In this document: positions 41,503 through 53,180 of the stretch, piece after piece
Layout: each line of letters begins with the position of its first letter
How positions within the stretch are numbered: the stretch's first letter is position 1
NCBI RefSeq assembly: GCF_006345805.1
Contig: NC_043014.1
Location: 35,712,001 to 35,776,000 of the forward strand
Source: Octopus sinensis
Taxonomy: Eukaryota
Reading direction: 5' to 3'
Length of the DNA: 64,000 nucleotides
Translations under genes and position numbers: made by a program
The notes under the pieces: generated by a model
Seen by the model: only the letters and a program-made list of their open reading frames with translations
Databases searched by the model: none
What the model was told of the DNA's origin: nothing

Positions 41503-41702
41503 CTGTGTCTGTGTTTGTCCCCCCAACATTGCTTGACAACCGATGCTGGTGTGTTTGCGTACTCGTAACTTAGCGGTTCGGCAAAAGGCACCGATAGAAT
41601 AAGTACTAGGCTTACAAAGAATAAGTCCTGGGGTCGATTTGCTCGACTAAAGGCGGTGCTCCAGCATGGCCGCAGTCAAATGACTGAAATATGTAAAAGT
41701 GT
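41276..41702 (+). mobile_element. SINE-A, full length
   Basis: A-box-like tggctgtgtgg, B-box-like ggttcattccc, CORE-like ggcaccttaagcaagtgtctt, internal (TA)/(TG)n, tail ggcggtgctccagcatggccgcagtcaaatgactgaaa. Confidence 0.9.
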
Positions 41703-42604
41703 AAAGAGAAAGATATGCGCACAGGGATGGCTGCGGAGGTCGGAAATTTGTTTCGGAAACCTGAGATCCGAATTTGAGCGCGACCCCATCCGTGCCATCA
41801 TGGTCAAGATATCTTTACTATAGTCTCAAATCAATTCAATCTTTGTATATTAATTGGGTAGGCAGAAACTATGTAGAAGTTCTTCGGATGGGCAGTACCT
41901 GTAATTCACAGATCTGGCCTTGTCACCATACTGTATCACGCTGCTTCTACCTGAAAACTGCATTCATGGTACATGTATCTGTAGAATATTCGGCCAATTT
42001 GAGCGACATCAAAATCTATGTTAGAGATCACTAACAGCGAAAAGCGCTTATCCCAACACAAAGTCTTCCTTCCGTCAGATTTCTGTAATTCTAGGTTTTT
42101 TTTCCTCTTTATATATTCAATATTTTTTAATTGGAAAAACAAATCTTTCTTAAAATAATATGACTGTACAAAGAATTTTTCTGAAAACGTTTCTAAAGAT
42201 GTATAAATGAGTGTGTATTTGTTTGTGTATTGACGAGGTCAATGGTAAGTCTTTGAATCTCGAATTTTCATTGCGTAGAACGGGAAATTGCAACACCCTG
42301 CTGTATTTTTTTACAAATGAGTGAATACCATTAATGAAACACTAAATCACTTAAGTTCCAGGCTAGCCAACCAGTTATCTATCAAACTGTCCGAACTCGC
42401 TCTCACAGATAATACCAAAGTAGCGTTATTCAAATGTTTTAATTTAAAATAATCTATTATAAATGATTACCATCACTTTCTGAATGGCGGACATGAAAAT
42501 GCAGACGACATATTAACTAAATTATACAAAGAGAGAAAGAGCTGTTCAGAGAGACAGAATCAATAAGTTAGTTCGCAGACATATTGAAAGTATGAATGTG
42601 TAAA

Positions 42605-42990
42605 TGCTGGCGTGGCTGTGTGATAAGAAGTTTGCTTCCCAACCACATGGTTCCGGGTTCACTCCCACTGCATGGCACCTTGGACAAGTGCCTTTTACTC
42701 TAGCCTCGGACTGACAAAAGCTTTGTGAACAGATTTTGTAGACGGAAACTGAAAGAAGCCCGTCGTATATACATATATATGTGTGTGTGTGTGACTTTGT
42801 GTCAGTGTTTGACCCCACAACCGGTGTTAGTGTGTTTACGTCTCCGTGACTTAGTGATTCGGCAAAACAAACCGACAGAATGCGTACCAGGCTTTAAAAA
42901 CGTATTTGGATCGATTCAATTCGACTAAAGATTCATGGTGGTGCCCCAGCATGGCTACAATCTAATGATCGAAAGAAGTAAAAGATAGAG
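42605..42990 (+). mobile_element. SINE-A, near full length
   Basis: Collinear with 41276-41702. Confidence 0.85.
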
Positions 42991-43277
42991 GATAAAAGAT
43001 CAGTATCGGCTATCGAGGAATCCTTTCGTGACTTCATGTGTTGCTAGAACCAGCAATCAAATCTGTCAAAATCATATGTTACAGATTTAGAAAATGAAGG
43101 ATAATTTGGATAAGGCACTCAGAAAAAAAACGTTTGAAACGGTTACCAAGGGAATGCCTTTAGTAATAAATATACTGGTTTAGATCGTATCTAGGTTAAA
43201 CAATAACAATAGCAATTATCATCATCATTATCGTCGTCGTCGTCGCCGCCGCCGTCATCATCGTCAACATTACTATA

Positions 43278-43600
43278 GGAGCACTCCGTCGGTTACGACG
43301 ATGAGGGTCCCAGCTGATACGATCAACGGAACAGCCTGCTCATGAAATTAACGTGCAAGTGACTGAGCATTCCACAGACACGCGTACCCCTAACGTAGTT
43401 CTCAGAGAGATTCAGATTGACACATAGCGTGACAAGGCAGGCCCTTTGAAATACAGGTACGACTCATTTTTACCAGCTGAGTGGACTGGAGCAACGTGAA
43501 ATGAAGTGTCTTGCTCAAGGACACAACGCGTCGCCGGGAATCAAACTCACGACCTTACAATCGTGAGCCGAATGCCCTAACCACTTAGCCACGCGCCTTA
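43278..43600 (-). mobile_element. tRNA-derived CORE-like SINE (working name SINE-D)
   Basis: Minus strand ggcgcgtggctaagtggttagggcattcgg...tttgattcccgg head, then tgtgtccttgagcaagacactt...ccagtccactcagctggtaaaaatgag, similar to the CORE domain. Confidence 0.8.
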
Positions 43601-44195
43601 TTTATTGCCCATAAGGGGCTAAACATAGAGGAAACAAACAAGGACAGACAAAGGGATTAAGTCGATTACATCGACCCCAGTGCAAAACGGGTACTTATTT
43701 AATAGACCCTGAAAGGATGAAAGGCAAAGTCGACTTCAACGGAATTTGAACTCAGAAGGTAGTGACAGACGAAATACCTATTTCTTTACTACCCACAAGG
43801 GGCCAAACACAGAGGGGACAAAGAAGGACAGACAAAGGGATTAAGTCGATTATATCGACCCCAGTGCGTAACTGGTACTTATTTAATCGACCCTGAAATG
43901 ATGACAGGCAAGTCGACCTCGGCGAAATTTGAACTCACAACGTAAAGACAGACGAAATACCTATTTCTTTACTACCCACAAGGGGCCAAACACAGAGAGG
44001 ACAAACAAGGACAGACAAATGGATTAAGTCGATTATATCGACCCCAGTGCGTAACTGGTACTTAATTTATCGACCCCGAAAGGATGAAAGGCAAAGTCAA
44101 CCCCGGCGGAATTTGAACTCAGAACGTAGCGGCAGACGAAATACTGCTGAGCATTTTGCCCGGCGTGCTAACGTCTCTGCCAGCTCACCGCCTTA
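43601..44195 (-). mobile_element. SINE-B trimer (head + 3 bodies)
   Basis: Three ~185-bp bodies joined by aaagaaata|ggtatttcgtctg (gaaatacctatttcttt on the + strand near 43771 and 43956). Confidence 0.9.
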
Positions 44196-44614
44196 ATCAA
44201 CATTAATGCATTTGCGCAACCATATCGATTCTCATTATCCCCAAAACCATCTCAGCTACAACCACTATCACCATTACCGCCATCACCGTCATCGTCGTCT
44301 TCGTCATCGTCATCATCATCATCATCGCCGTAGTCGTCATCATCATCAGGATCATCGTCGTCGTCGTTATAATCATCATCGTCATCGTCGTCGTCATCAA
44401 CATCATCATCATCATCACCACCACAACCACCACTATTGTCATTATGATCTTCATCGTCGTCATCGTCGTTGCCCTCAACGTTGTAGTAATTTATGATACT
44501 GATGCTTAGATTTGAATACAGTTTCATTTATATGATTTATTGCATCCCTTACGGGGATCTTGAAACCTAATTCGCTCGTGGTCGAAGAGGTAGGGCCGGT
44601 CATATTTTTTAGGC

Positions 44615-44687
<73 letters not shown>

Positions 44688-44711
44688 GATGGATGGATGG
44701 ATGGATGGACG

Positions 44712-44749
<38 letters not shown>

Positions 44750-44770
44750 TAGACAGACAGACAGACAGAC

Positions 44771-44824
<54 letters not shown>

Positions 44825-44930
44825 ATGAATGGATGGATGGATGGATGGATGGATGGATGGATGGACGGACGGACGGACGGACCGACAGACAGATAGACAG
44901 ACAGACAGACATACATACATACAGACAGAC

Positions 44931-44965
<35 letters not shown>

Positions 44966-44970
44966 CAGGC

Positions 44971-45038
<68 letters not shown>

Positions 45039-45359
45039 TGATAGACAAGAGAGAGGGAGAGGAGTAAGAGGAACCAGGAGAAATGAAAATAAATTTTGCT
45101 TTACCCAAACCATATTTCTTTATCTGAGAAGACCAAATTGTCAGTTAAAGATTAAATTCAGTTGATATGGAAATTTTCTGTTTTTAGCTTTTCCACGCGG
45201 TGTCAGCCATTTTGGAGTATTGGTTACACACGCATATTGTATTCTCCTCTGTGCAATCACTTAACACGACCAACGTTGCGCATTTATATATCTCGTCATT
45301 GTGACGCCTCTTACATTTTATTTTTTTAAATTTTATTTTTAGAGGAATATTTGTGTTGT

Positions 45360-45500
45360 TAAGAAGCTTGCTTCGCAACTATTTGGCTTCGAGTTCAGTC
45401 CTGCTGTGCAGCAGCTTGGGCGAGTGTCTTCTACTCTACCCTGGGGTCGACCACTGCAATGCCTTGTGAGTAAATATGGAGAGGAAAACTGTGGGGAAAC
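45360..45500 (+). mobile_element. SINE-A 5' part, degenerate
   Basis: taagaagcttgcttc...gagttcagtcc...cttgggcgagtgtcttctact...gccttgtgagtaaat. Confidence 0.6.
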
Positions 45501-46150
45501 CAGTTGCGTGCGCGTGTGTGTGCGTGTGTGTGCGTTTGTGTGTGTGTGTTTGTGTGTGTATGTTTGTGTGTGTGTGTGTGTGTGTTTGTGTGTGTATGTG
45601 TGTGTATGTGTGTGTGCGTGTGTGTGTGTGCGTTTGTGTGTGTGTGAGAGCGTGTGTGTGTGTTTGTGTGTATGTGTGTGCGTGTGTGTGCGTTTGTGTG
45701 TGTGTGTGCGTGAAATGACGTCAAAAGATTTCATACTGTGGCACCTGTTCCTTCTGCCAGCCAGCACAACTATGCATTATGCAATGAAATGTGAAAATAT
45801 TTGTCAGGGCTCAAGAGTCATATAAGGGCCTCACATTGCATCATCAATGACTCATTTCAATGATTCTTTCTAGCAATGGCTTTGCTCGTATACGAGAAAA
45901 CAGCCACTGCTGTGTATGTATGTATGTATGTATGTATGTACGTATGTATGTATGATGTGTGCAATGTGTGCAATGTGTGCAATGTGTGTGAGAGAGAGAA
46001 AGAGAGAGAGCTTTCATGTTTGTCTTCCACCACCGCTTAACATCCGGTGTAGATTTGTTTACGTCCTTAACCCAGCGGTTGGGCACAAGGAAACGATATA
46101 AAAGGTAGCACGCTTTAAAATAAGTGCTAGTGTCGATTTGAACCTTTCAA

Positions 46151-46497
46151 GACCCTGCCTCAGTAAAGCTGGACTCAAGAGTCATCTTCGTAGTCATAAA
46201 ACGAGACAGATGAGTGATAACATGGCCAATGGTGTTGGTGTAACACTCCATACTAATATTATCTGTCGGGCATGTGGAAGAGAGTGTAATTCGGCAGGAG
46301 GACTTAAACGACATGCAAAGGTACATGAAGCCCAGTTACAACAACAGCCGGCTATTACCGGTAAAGGTTTTTGTTGCCAATTCTGTACAAGTCATTGTAG
46401 CTCTTTAGCTGGGCTAAAAAGTTACATTCGATCACAGCACCAGTAACAGTTAAGCTTCGTGCAATGGCCATATTCGATAACGAGGGGGCAGCCATAA
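46151..46497 (+). mobile_element. RTE-type LINE 3' end encoding C2H2-like fingers, with (ATGT)n tail
   Basis: Peptide RPCLSKAGLKSHLRSH...CRACGRECNSAGGLKRHAKVH...CQFCTSHCSSLAGLKSYIRSQH*; CxxCxRxCxSxxGLxSH is typical of RTE ORF ends; no HTGEKP linkers; short UTR then microsatellite. Confidence 0.7.
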
Positions 46498-47304
46498 TGT
46501 ATGTATGTATGTATGTATGTATGTATGTATGTATGTATGCATGATGTGTGCAATATGTGTGAGAGAGAGAAAGAAAGAGAGCTTTTATGTTTGTCTTCCA
46601 CCACCGCTTAACATCCGGTGAAGATTTGTTTACGTCCTTAACTCAGCGGTTGGGCACAAGGAAACGATATAAAAAGTAGCAGGCTTTCAAATAAGTGCTA
46701 GTGTCGATTTGAATCTTTCAAGACGGTGCCCCAGCATGGGCGCTGTCTCATGACTGAAACAAATAAAGGGTAAAAGATAGACGCTAAAAGAAACATGGTT
46801 TGTTGATGGGTATCCATTTTTCTGTGTAAGGGGGAAATTTTTTTTTTTTTCTTTTTAATATAACCCAAAATGATATCTTTGTGCATTTAAATTACAATTT
46901 ATTTGCTATTTCATATCTCTTCTACATCAATATCAATAAATATGCAGTTTTTTGAACGTTGATGCTTATGTATAGATACAGACAAAAAATGAGATAAACA
47001 CAAATGCAAATTATTAGTTCTTATATACATTTCACTGCTGCAGACATTTTGAACTCAGTATTGGATGTTCCTAATGCATTTGGATGACGTCCAATACTGT
47101 GTTCCAAATAACTGCAATAGCGAAATATACGTAGAAATAGTAGCTCATACTTGTGTTTGTCTCAGTTTTCCCATACGTATGCCCTGTATATCGTAACTAG
47201 TAACACTACTAAATACTGTGGTAGACTAACCGCTATACTGGAAGTTGACTGGATAATGATAATCTACGGGGAGCTCTTTCATCTAACTGTACACATAAGA
47301 TATA

Positions 47305-48039
47305 TCTCTCATATAAAATTCGTTCTGTCTGTCTGTCTGTGTGTCTTCTAGGATCTCGGGCATCCTTCATCCGTTTGTGCTCAAATTTGATATGTAGATA
47401 CCGACGGTATCAAGGTGTGTATAAGTCTTGAAAAAATTACGAAAATCGATTCCAGGTGAGAATGCGATCGATAAAGCCGTTTTTGTCCTGCTTTTCTTCC
47501 GTCAACCTGTACATAACTGCACCTTCCATTTTCTGTTGTTTTTGTACTGCTTAAAGATACGTTTCTTTCCTGCCAAGCTTACTGTTTAAACCATGGTTGT
47601 GTTTTCCCAGTCAACAGCCTAATCATTACTGGTACTTTAAACTCTTCGGTTGCATACTTGTGTGAATAAAATCGTTTTTCTTTGGAATAGAAAATAAGTC
47701 TATCTTTATTTTGTTCTTTTGCTGGTGTTTCAAATTTAGGTTAAATCAGCGTTTCTCAATGGGGAGGCCTATGGGACGGTCGGACAAGTTGTTTTGAGAA
47801 AATTTGGTTTAAATGTTTGACAACTAAGCACTATCCATTGGACGGGGGTGCGTTTTGCTTGTAAAGATATATAACAAGAAATTGTCAATTCAAATTATTG
47901 TATTCATTCTGAATGGGACGGAGAAAAATAAAGATTGAAAATGATAATATTTTAAGTGAGAGGGAGTATAATTCTGAATCTTATCCATTCACATTTCTTT
48001 ATCTGCAAAGGCCAAACAATCCCTTGGTTTCCCTTCTAG
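47305..48039 (+). mobile_element. Non-autonomous Helitron-like element (copy 2, possibly complete)
   Basis: A|TC start, (TCTG)n; candidate end is a weak hairpin ccaa-acaatccc-ttgg followed by CTAG|T at 48036-48040. Confidence 0.5.
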
Positions 48040-48270
48040 TAGTTCACTACGTATCTTCCATTTTAGAGTGTTTGTGTGTCCCTACATGAGTTCTCGTGGA
48101 CATGACAACATGCTTCGGAGACATGTTGTCTGGGGACATTTTGTCTCTGAGACATGTACATGGCTACATGTCTCTCAGACATGACAACATGTATCCAAGC
48201 TTCACACAGACGACCTACGTCTTGCATTTGAATATCCCGTCAAAATGGCGTAATACTACATGTTTTATTA

Positions 48271-48640
48271 TCTATTATATAAAATCTGTTCTGTCTGTCT
48301 GTCTGTCTGTGTGTCTTCTAGGAACTTGGGCATACTCCATCCGATTGCGCTCAAATTTGATATGTAGATACCGACGGTATCAGGGCGTATATAAGTCTTG
48401 AAAAAATTACAAAAATCTATTCCAGGTGAGAATGCGATCGATAAAGCCGTGGGAACGTGCATTTGTACGCGCGAGTACATCAGCTGCTGCAATCGATACT
48501 ACGCGTACGCGAGAAAAATGCACGGTGTCTCAAATTTAGGTTAAATCAGTGTTTCTCATAGGGGAGGCCTATGGGACGGTCGAACAATTTGTTTTGAGAA
48601 AATTTGGTTTAAATGGTTGACTCAGCACCGTCCATCGGTG
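48271..48640 (+). mobile_element. Non-autonomous Helitron-like element (copy 3) with a different internal segment
   Basis: Same 5' ~170 bp as copy 2, then ~80 bp of CpG-rich sequence, then rejoins at tcaaatttaggttaaatcag. Confidence 0.6.
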
Positions 48641-48788
48641 CTGTAATGAAGGACTTGCCCAAGTGGCAACGTTGAGAGATCGAACCTCGAATCAAGTAGT
48701 CACAAAACATGAACTACTTAACCGCACGGCCAGACCTAAATGCGTGCGTGCATGAGCATGTGCATGCATCTATATTTGTGTGTGTGTG

Positions 48789-49756
48789 GAAGGCGGAGAG
48801 CTGGCAGAAACGTTAGCGCGCCGGGCGAAATGCTTAGCGGTATCTCGTCTGTCATTACGTTCTGAGTTCAAATAGCTCCGAGGTCGACTTTGCCTTTCAT
48901 CCTTTCGGGGTCGATAAATAAAGTACCAGTTTTGCACTGGGGTCGATGTGATCGACTTAATCTCTTTGTCTGTCCTTGTTTGTTCACTCTGTGTTTAGCC
49001 CCTTGTGGGTAATAAAGAAATAGGTATTTCGTCTGTCATTACGTTCTGAGTTCAAATAGCTCCAAGGTCGACTTTTCCTTTCATCCTTTCGGGGTCGATA
49101 AATAAAGTACCAGTTTTGCACTGGGGTCGATGTGATCGACTTAATCTCTTGTCTTCCTTGTTTGTCACTCTGTGTTTAGCCCCTTGTGAGTAATAAAGAA
49201 ATAGGTATTTCGTCTGTCATTACGTTCTGAGTTCAAATAGCTCCGAGGTCGACTTTGCCTTTCATCCTTTCGGGGTCGATAAATAAAGTACCAGTTTTGC
49301 ACTGGGGTCGATGTGATCGACTTAATCTCTTTGTCTGTCCTTGTTTGTTCCCTCTGTGTTTAGCCCCTTGTGGGTAATAAAGAAATAGGTATTTCGTCTG
49401 TCATTACGTTCTGAGTTCAAATAGCTCCAAGGTCGACTTTTCCTTTCATCCTTTCGGGGTCGATAAATAAAGTACCAGTTTTGCACTGGGGTCGATGTGA
49501 TCGACTTAATCTCTTTGTCTGTCCTTGTTTGTTCACTCTGTGTTTAGCCCCTTGTGGGTAATAAAGAAATAGGTATTTCGTCTGTCATTACGTTCTGAGT
49601 TCAAATAGCTCCAAGGTCGACTTTTCCTTTCATCCTTTCGGGGTCGATAAATAAAGTACCAGTTTTGCACTGGGGTCGATGTGATCGACTTAATCTCTTT
49701 GTCTGTCCTTGTTTGTCCCCTCTGTGATGAGCCCCTTGTGGGCAGTAAAGAAATAC
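48789..49756 (+). mobile_element. SINE-B pentamer (head + 5 bodies) with 17-bp TSD
   Basis: Five ~180-185-bp bodies; atatttgtgtgtgtgtg lies at 48772-48788 and 49757-49773. Confidence 0.92.
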
Positions 49757-49773
49757 ATATTTGTGTGTGTGTG

Positions 49774-49809
<36 letters not shown>

Positions 49810-50244
49810 GTGTGTGTGTGCGTGTGTGGGTGTGTGTGTGTGGTGCCTCACTATCACCATCACCACTATCTCTAACAGCTGCTCAATTATTATCCCCACC
49901 ACTGCTAAAGCCAGCACCGTCCCAGTTTCACCACGAGTTTCATCACCATCACCTTCTCCACCACTTCTATCGACAACAACAACAACAACAACAACAATAA
50001 CAACAACAAACATATGTGACTCATTCCAATCCACCCAATAATTCGTCACCAACACTAGCATCATATTTCCCCCACTCACACGCCTTCTGCTTTACATCAC
50101 AAGACTACGAGTCATAGTTGCATTGTGGATAGAGGCAGCCGGGTGTCACCAGTCCTATTTATGTCGTACAAACGCATACACAAATAAACAGACAGACAGA
50201 CAGACAGATAGACAGATAGATAGATAAATAGATAGATAGATAGG

Positions 50245-50281
<37 letters not shown>

Positions 50282-50282
50282 G

Positions 50283-50337
<55 letters not shown>

Positions 50338-50338
50338 G

Positions 50339-50413
<75 letters not shown>

Positions 50414-50415
<2 letters not shown>

Positions 50416-52134
50416 CTGTTCATTGTAGCCACACAGGGCTAAACACAGAATAAAAATGGACGAAATACAATGTATTGTATTTTCAAGGTGGGATGGGTGG
50501 GGCACAAAAAAAAAAGAAAACGTTTGATCAATAGGATATGTGGGTTGTGTGATGTATAAAAAAGCAATATATATATATAAAGTTCACAGTTTAGGTGTAG
50601 CCTTGGAAAGAAAAACCTACAAAAAAGACCAAGGTCACCTCAGACAGTTCGAAAATGAACACATGAGTAAGTCGCCTTACTTCTCGTTGTCTCTTTTGGT
50701 TACAGATTTATGCTTAAAATAGTGTCGTCTTTCATACTGACCATTTTTGCCACTTTTACCCACTTTTTATTAAAACATTCGTTCGACAAAGCCTTCCTCT
50801 CTATTATCATCCTCCTTTTCAAGTGGTACTTGAAAAAGTTGACGAGAGACTGACCAGAGAGGAAGGTGTTTGTTTGCAGTCCTTTCAAACGCGTCCACCA
50901 CACACATTCTTTCGCCATAGCCATCAGCGTAACGAAAACCGTTTTCCCTTCTCGTTTAAAGGAAGGTGGTGGAACGGGATTCACGATAGACTCGGCCGAC
51001 AACTCGACCTACACGTGACAACAGCTTTTCGACGAAGGTCCACAGCTCTGAAATATCTGGACACTGCACGAGTGCGTGCAGAACGGTTTCATCGCTCTGA
51101 CCGCATCTCGGGCAGGTCGGTCCGGTGATGGTTTTCGAACCGTGCCTGTAGCTCTTCTCTCGAACAGGTAGTGCGTCTCGATAGCATTGCCAAGCCAGAT
51201 ATTTCTGGAAGTTATCCATAGGCCCCGGCCCGAACGTCGTCCTGAACAGGCGGGTTAGGAATTTCTCGTCGACGCCCAGGTTTGCTCCGAGTGTGTCGTC
51301 GGACCTCCCCTCCACTAGTCCTCTATAGAACGCTTTAGTCATTTATAAGTTGCACAAGTTTGACCCCGGTCGGCAGAGCTGCTGTAGAGCTTGGCGACAC
51401 TCTCGGTGCCAATCGCCCAGTTTCGGTCTCTTCTTGATCCACGTTTGCAGTTCGGTCAGTGAGACGAACTGCGGGAAGGCGCGCCTCACAAACGGCGCCC
51501 ACACCTGTTCACCGTCATCGATGAAGTTCCAGAGATGTCGCAGACTCAGCGCATGCTTGCGCATCATCAACCACGGCATGCCTAGTCCTCCATTCAACGG
51601 ATGTTGACATCATCGGAACACCACCCTTCCACAGGAAGCGGAAGAGTATGCGTTCCAGTTTGGTCAGACGGTCAGGCGGTAATCGATAACGGATGCGATG
51701 TACGCGTTCGCCACCTCCGCCCGACCTTTTAGAGACAGCTTTCTCTCGGCCCATGTTTGGCTGAGAGCGACCACTCTACTAGTGATCTCGTCCCAGTTCT
51801 TATCCATTTGGAGGTCCGGACTGAACCAGACCCCGAGCAATTTAACCGGTCCGTCCGTCCAGCGTCCCACTACTGGGCCGCAGTCGGACGGCATGGGCTT
51901 GCTTCTCCAGGTGCCGAGTAACAAACCCACTGACTTTTCCGGGTTAATCTTCGCTCCCGTCACCGTTTCGTATTTTCTTAGTGCCTCGTCTATCATCTGG
52001 ATGTGTTTGTCGCTCGACACTATGACGGTGACATCGTCCGCATATGCCGACACGCTCGTCCCACAACCCAGTTCCCGTGGGATGCCCCTCAGTGTCGCCA
52101 GCTTCCGCAGTAGCGGCTCGAGAGTCAATACATA
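50414..52134 (-). mobile_element. Tx1/L1-clade LINE: RT C-half, zf-RVT region, 3' UTR and (TATC)n tail
   Basis: ORFs give YVLTLEPLLRKL..SAYADDVTVIV..YETVTGAKINPEKS, LFRFLWKG, GGLGMP and CYRDALPVREK..CPRCGQSDETVLHALVQCP; several frameshifts. Confidence 0.92.
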
Positions 52135-52660
52135 ATTTAAGCATAATTTTGATATCATCATTTTCCAAAGACTCGGTAGAGTGAGCTTTTGCCACTTCCT
52201 GGTTAGGGAAGTGGACCACTACTGTGTTAAACTGGGGACCCTAGTTTATATATTCTTTTTTTTTTCATTATGTTTTTTAAACACTTTTCTATGTCCGTTT
52301 TTGTAATCTGTTCATTTTGTTTTTTGTTTTTTCTTATAATTTTATATATAATTGTCTTATTTTCTATTTGTTCCTTTGTGTGTTGAGGTGTATGCAGCAC
52401 TAAATCCTGCCCTTGGATTGTAGAGAGTACTCTCGTTTCTATTAACTCTTCATTCGTAAATTTTATTATTTCTTTTTTTCTGACGCAGAGTGTCAGTGAA
52501 ATTTACTGGTGCTGTTGATTCTTTTATATTAATATCTTCACTATTAGATGGTAAAATATTTATTTCATTTATGTTGTTGTTCTTCTTGTTGCTGTTGTTT
52601 TTGTTAATAGTATTCGCGTGAGTTTCATTTTTATCATTTAATTTAAGTCTTTGCGTTCTA
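52135..52660 (-). mobile_element. Possible Tx1 ORF1 fragment abutting the RT
   Basis: Minus strand reads DIEKCLKNIMK..PQFNTVVVHFPNQEVAKAHSTESLENDDI, reminiscent of LINE ORF1 RRM-like regions; AT-rich and decayed. Confidence 0.35.
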
Positions 52661-53102
52661 AGCGAATTCAAGCTAGTATGTATGTGTATGTATGTATGTA
52701 TGTATTTATGTATGTGTGTGTATGTATGTATGTGTATGTATGTATGTATTTATGTATGTCCGTGTATGTATGTATGTATGTGTATGTATGTATGTATGTA
52801 TTATGTATGTGTGTATGTATGTTTGTATGTATGCATGTATGTATGTAAGTATGCATGTATGTATGTATGTATGTATGTTTGTATGTATGTTTGTATGTAT
52901 GCATGTATGCATGTGTGTATGTATATATGTATGCATGTATGCATGTATATATGTATATATGTATGTATGTATGCATGCATGTATGTATTTATGCATGTAT
53001 GTGTGTGTATTATGTATGCATGTATATATGTATGTATGTTTGTATGTATGCATGTATGTATATATGTATGCATGTATGTATGTATGTATGTATGTATGCA
53101 TG

Positions 53103-53136
<34 letters not shown>

Positions 53137-53147
53137 TGTATGTATGA

Positions 53148-53180
<33 letters not shown>

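Noticed and set aside
46138-46446. Host C2H2 zinc-finger gene exon
   Set aside because: There are no TGEKP linkers or splice context, and it ends in a LINE-like UTR with a microsatellite tail, so it is better explained as an RTE terminus.
48789-49756. Regular ~183-bp repeats superficially like a CRISPR array or satellite
   Set aside because: There are no unique spacers; the units are SINE bodies with a tRNA-like head and a TSD in eukaryotic DNA.
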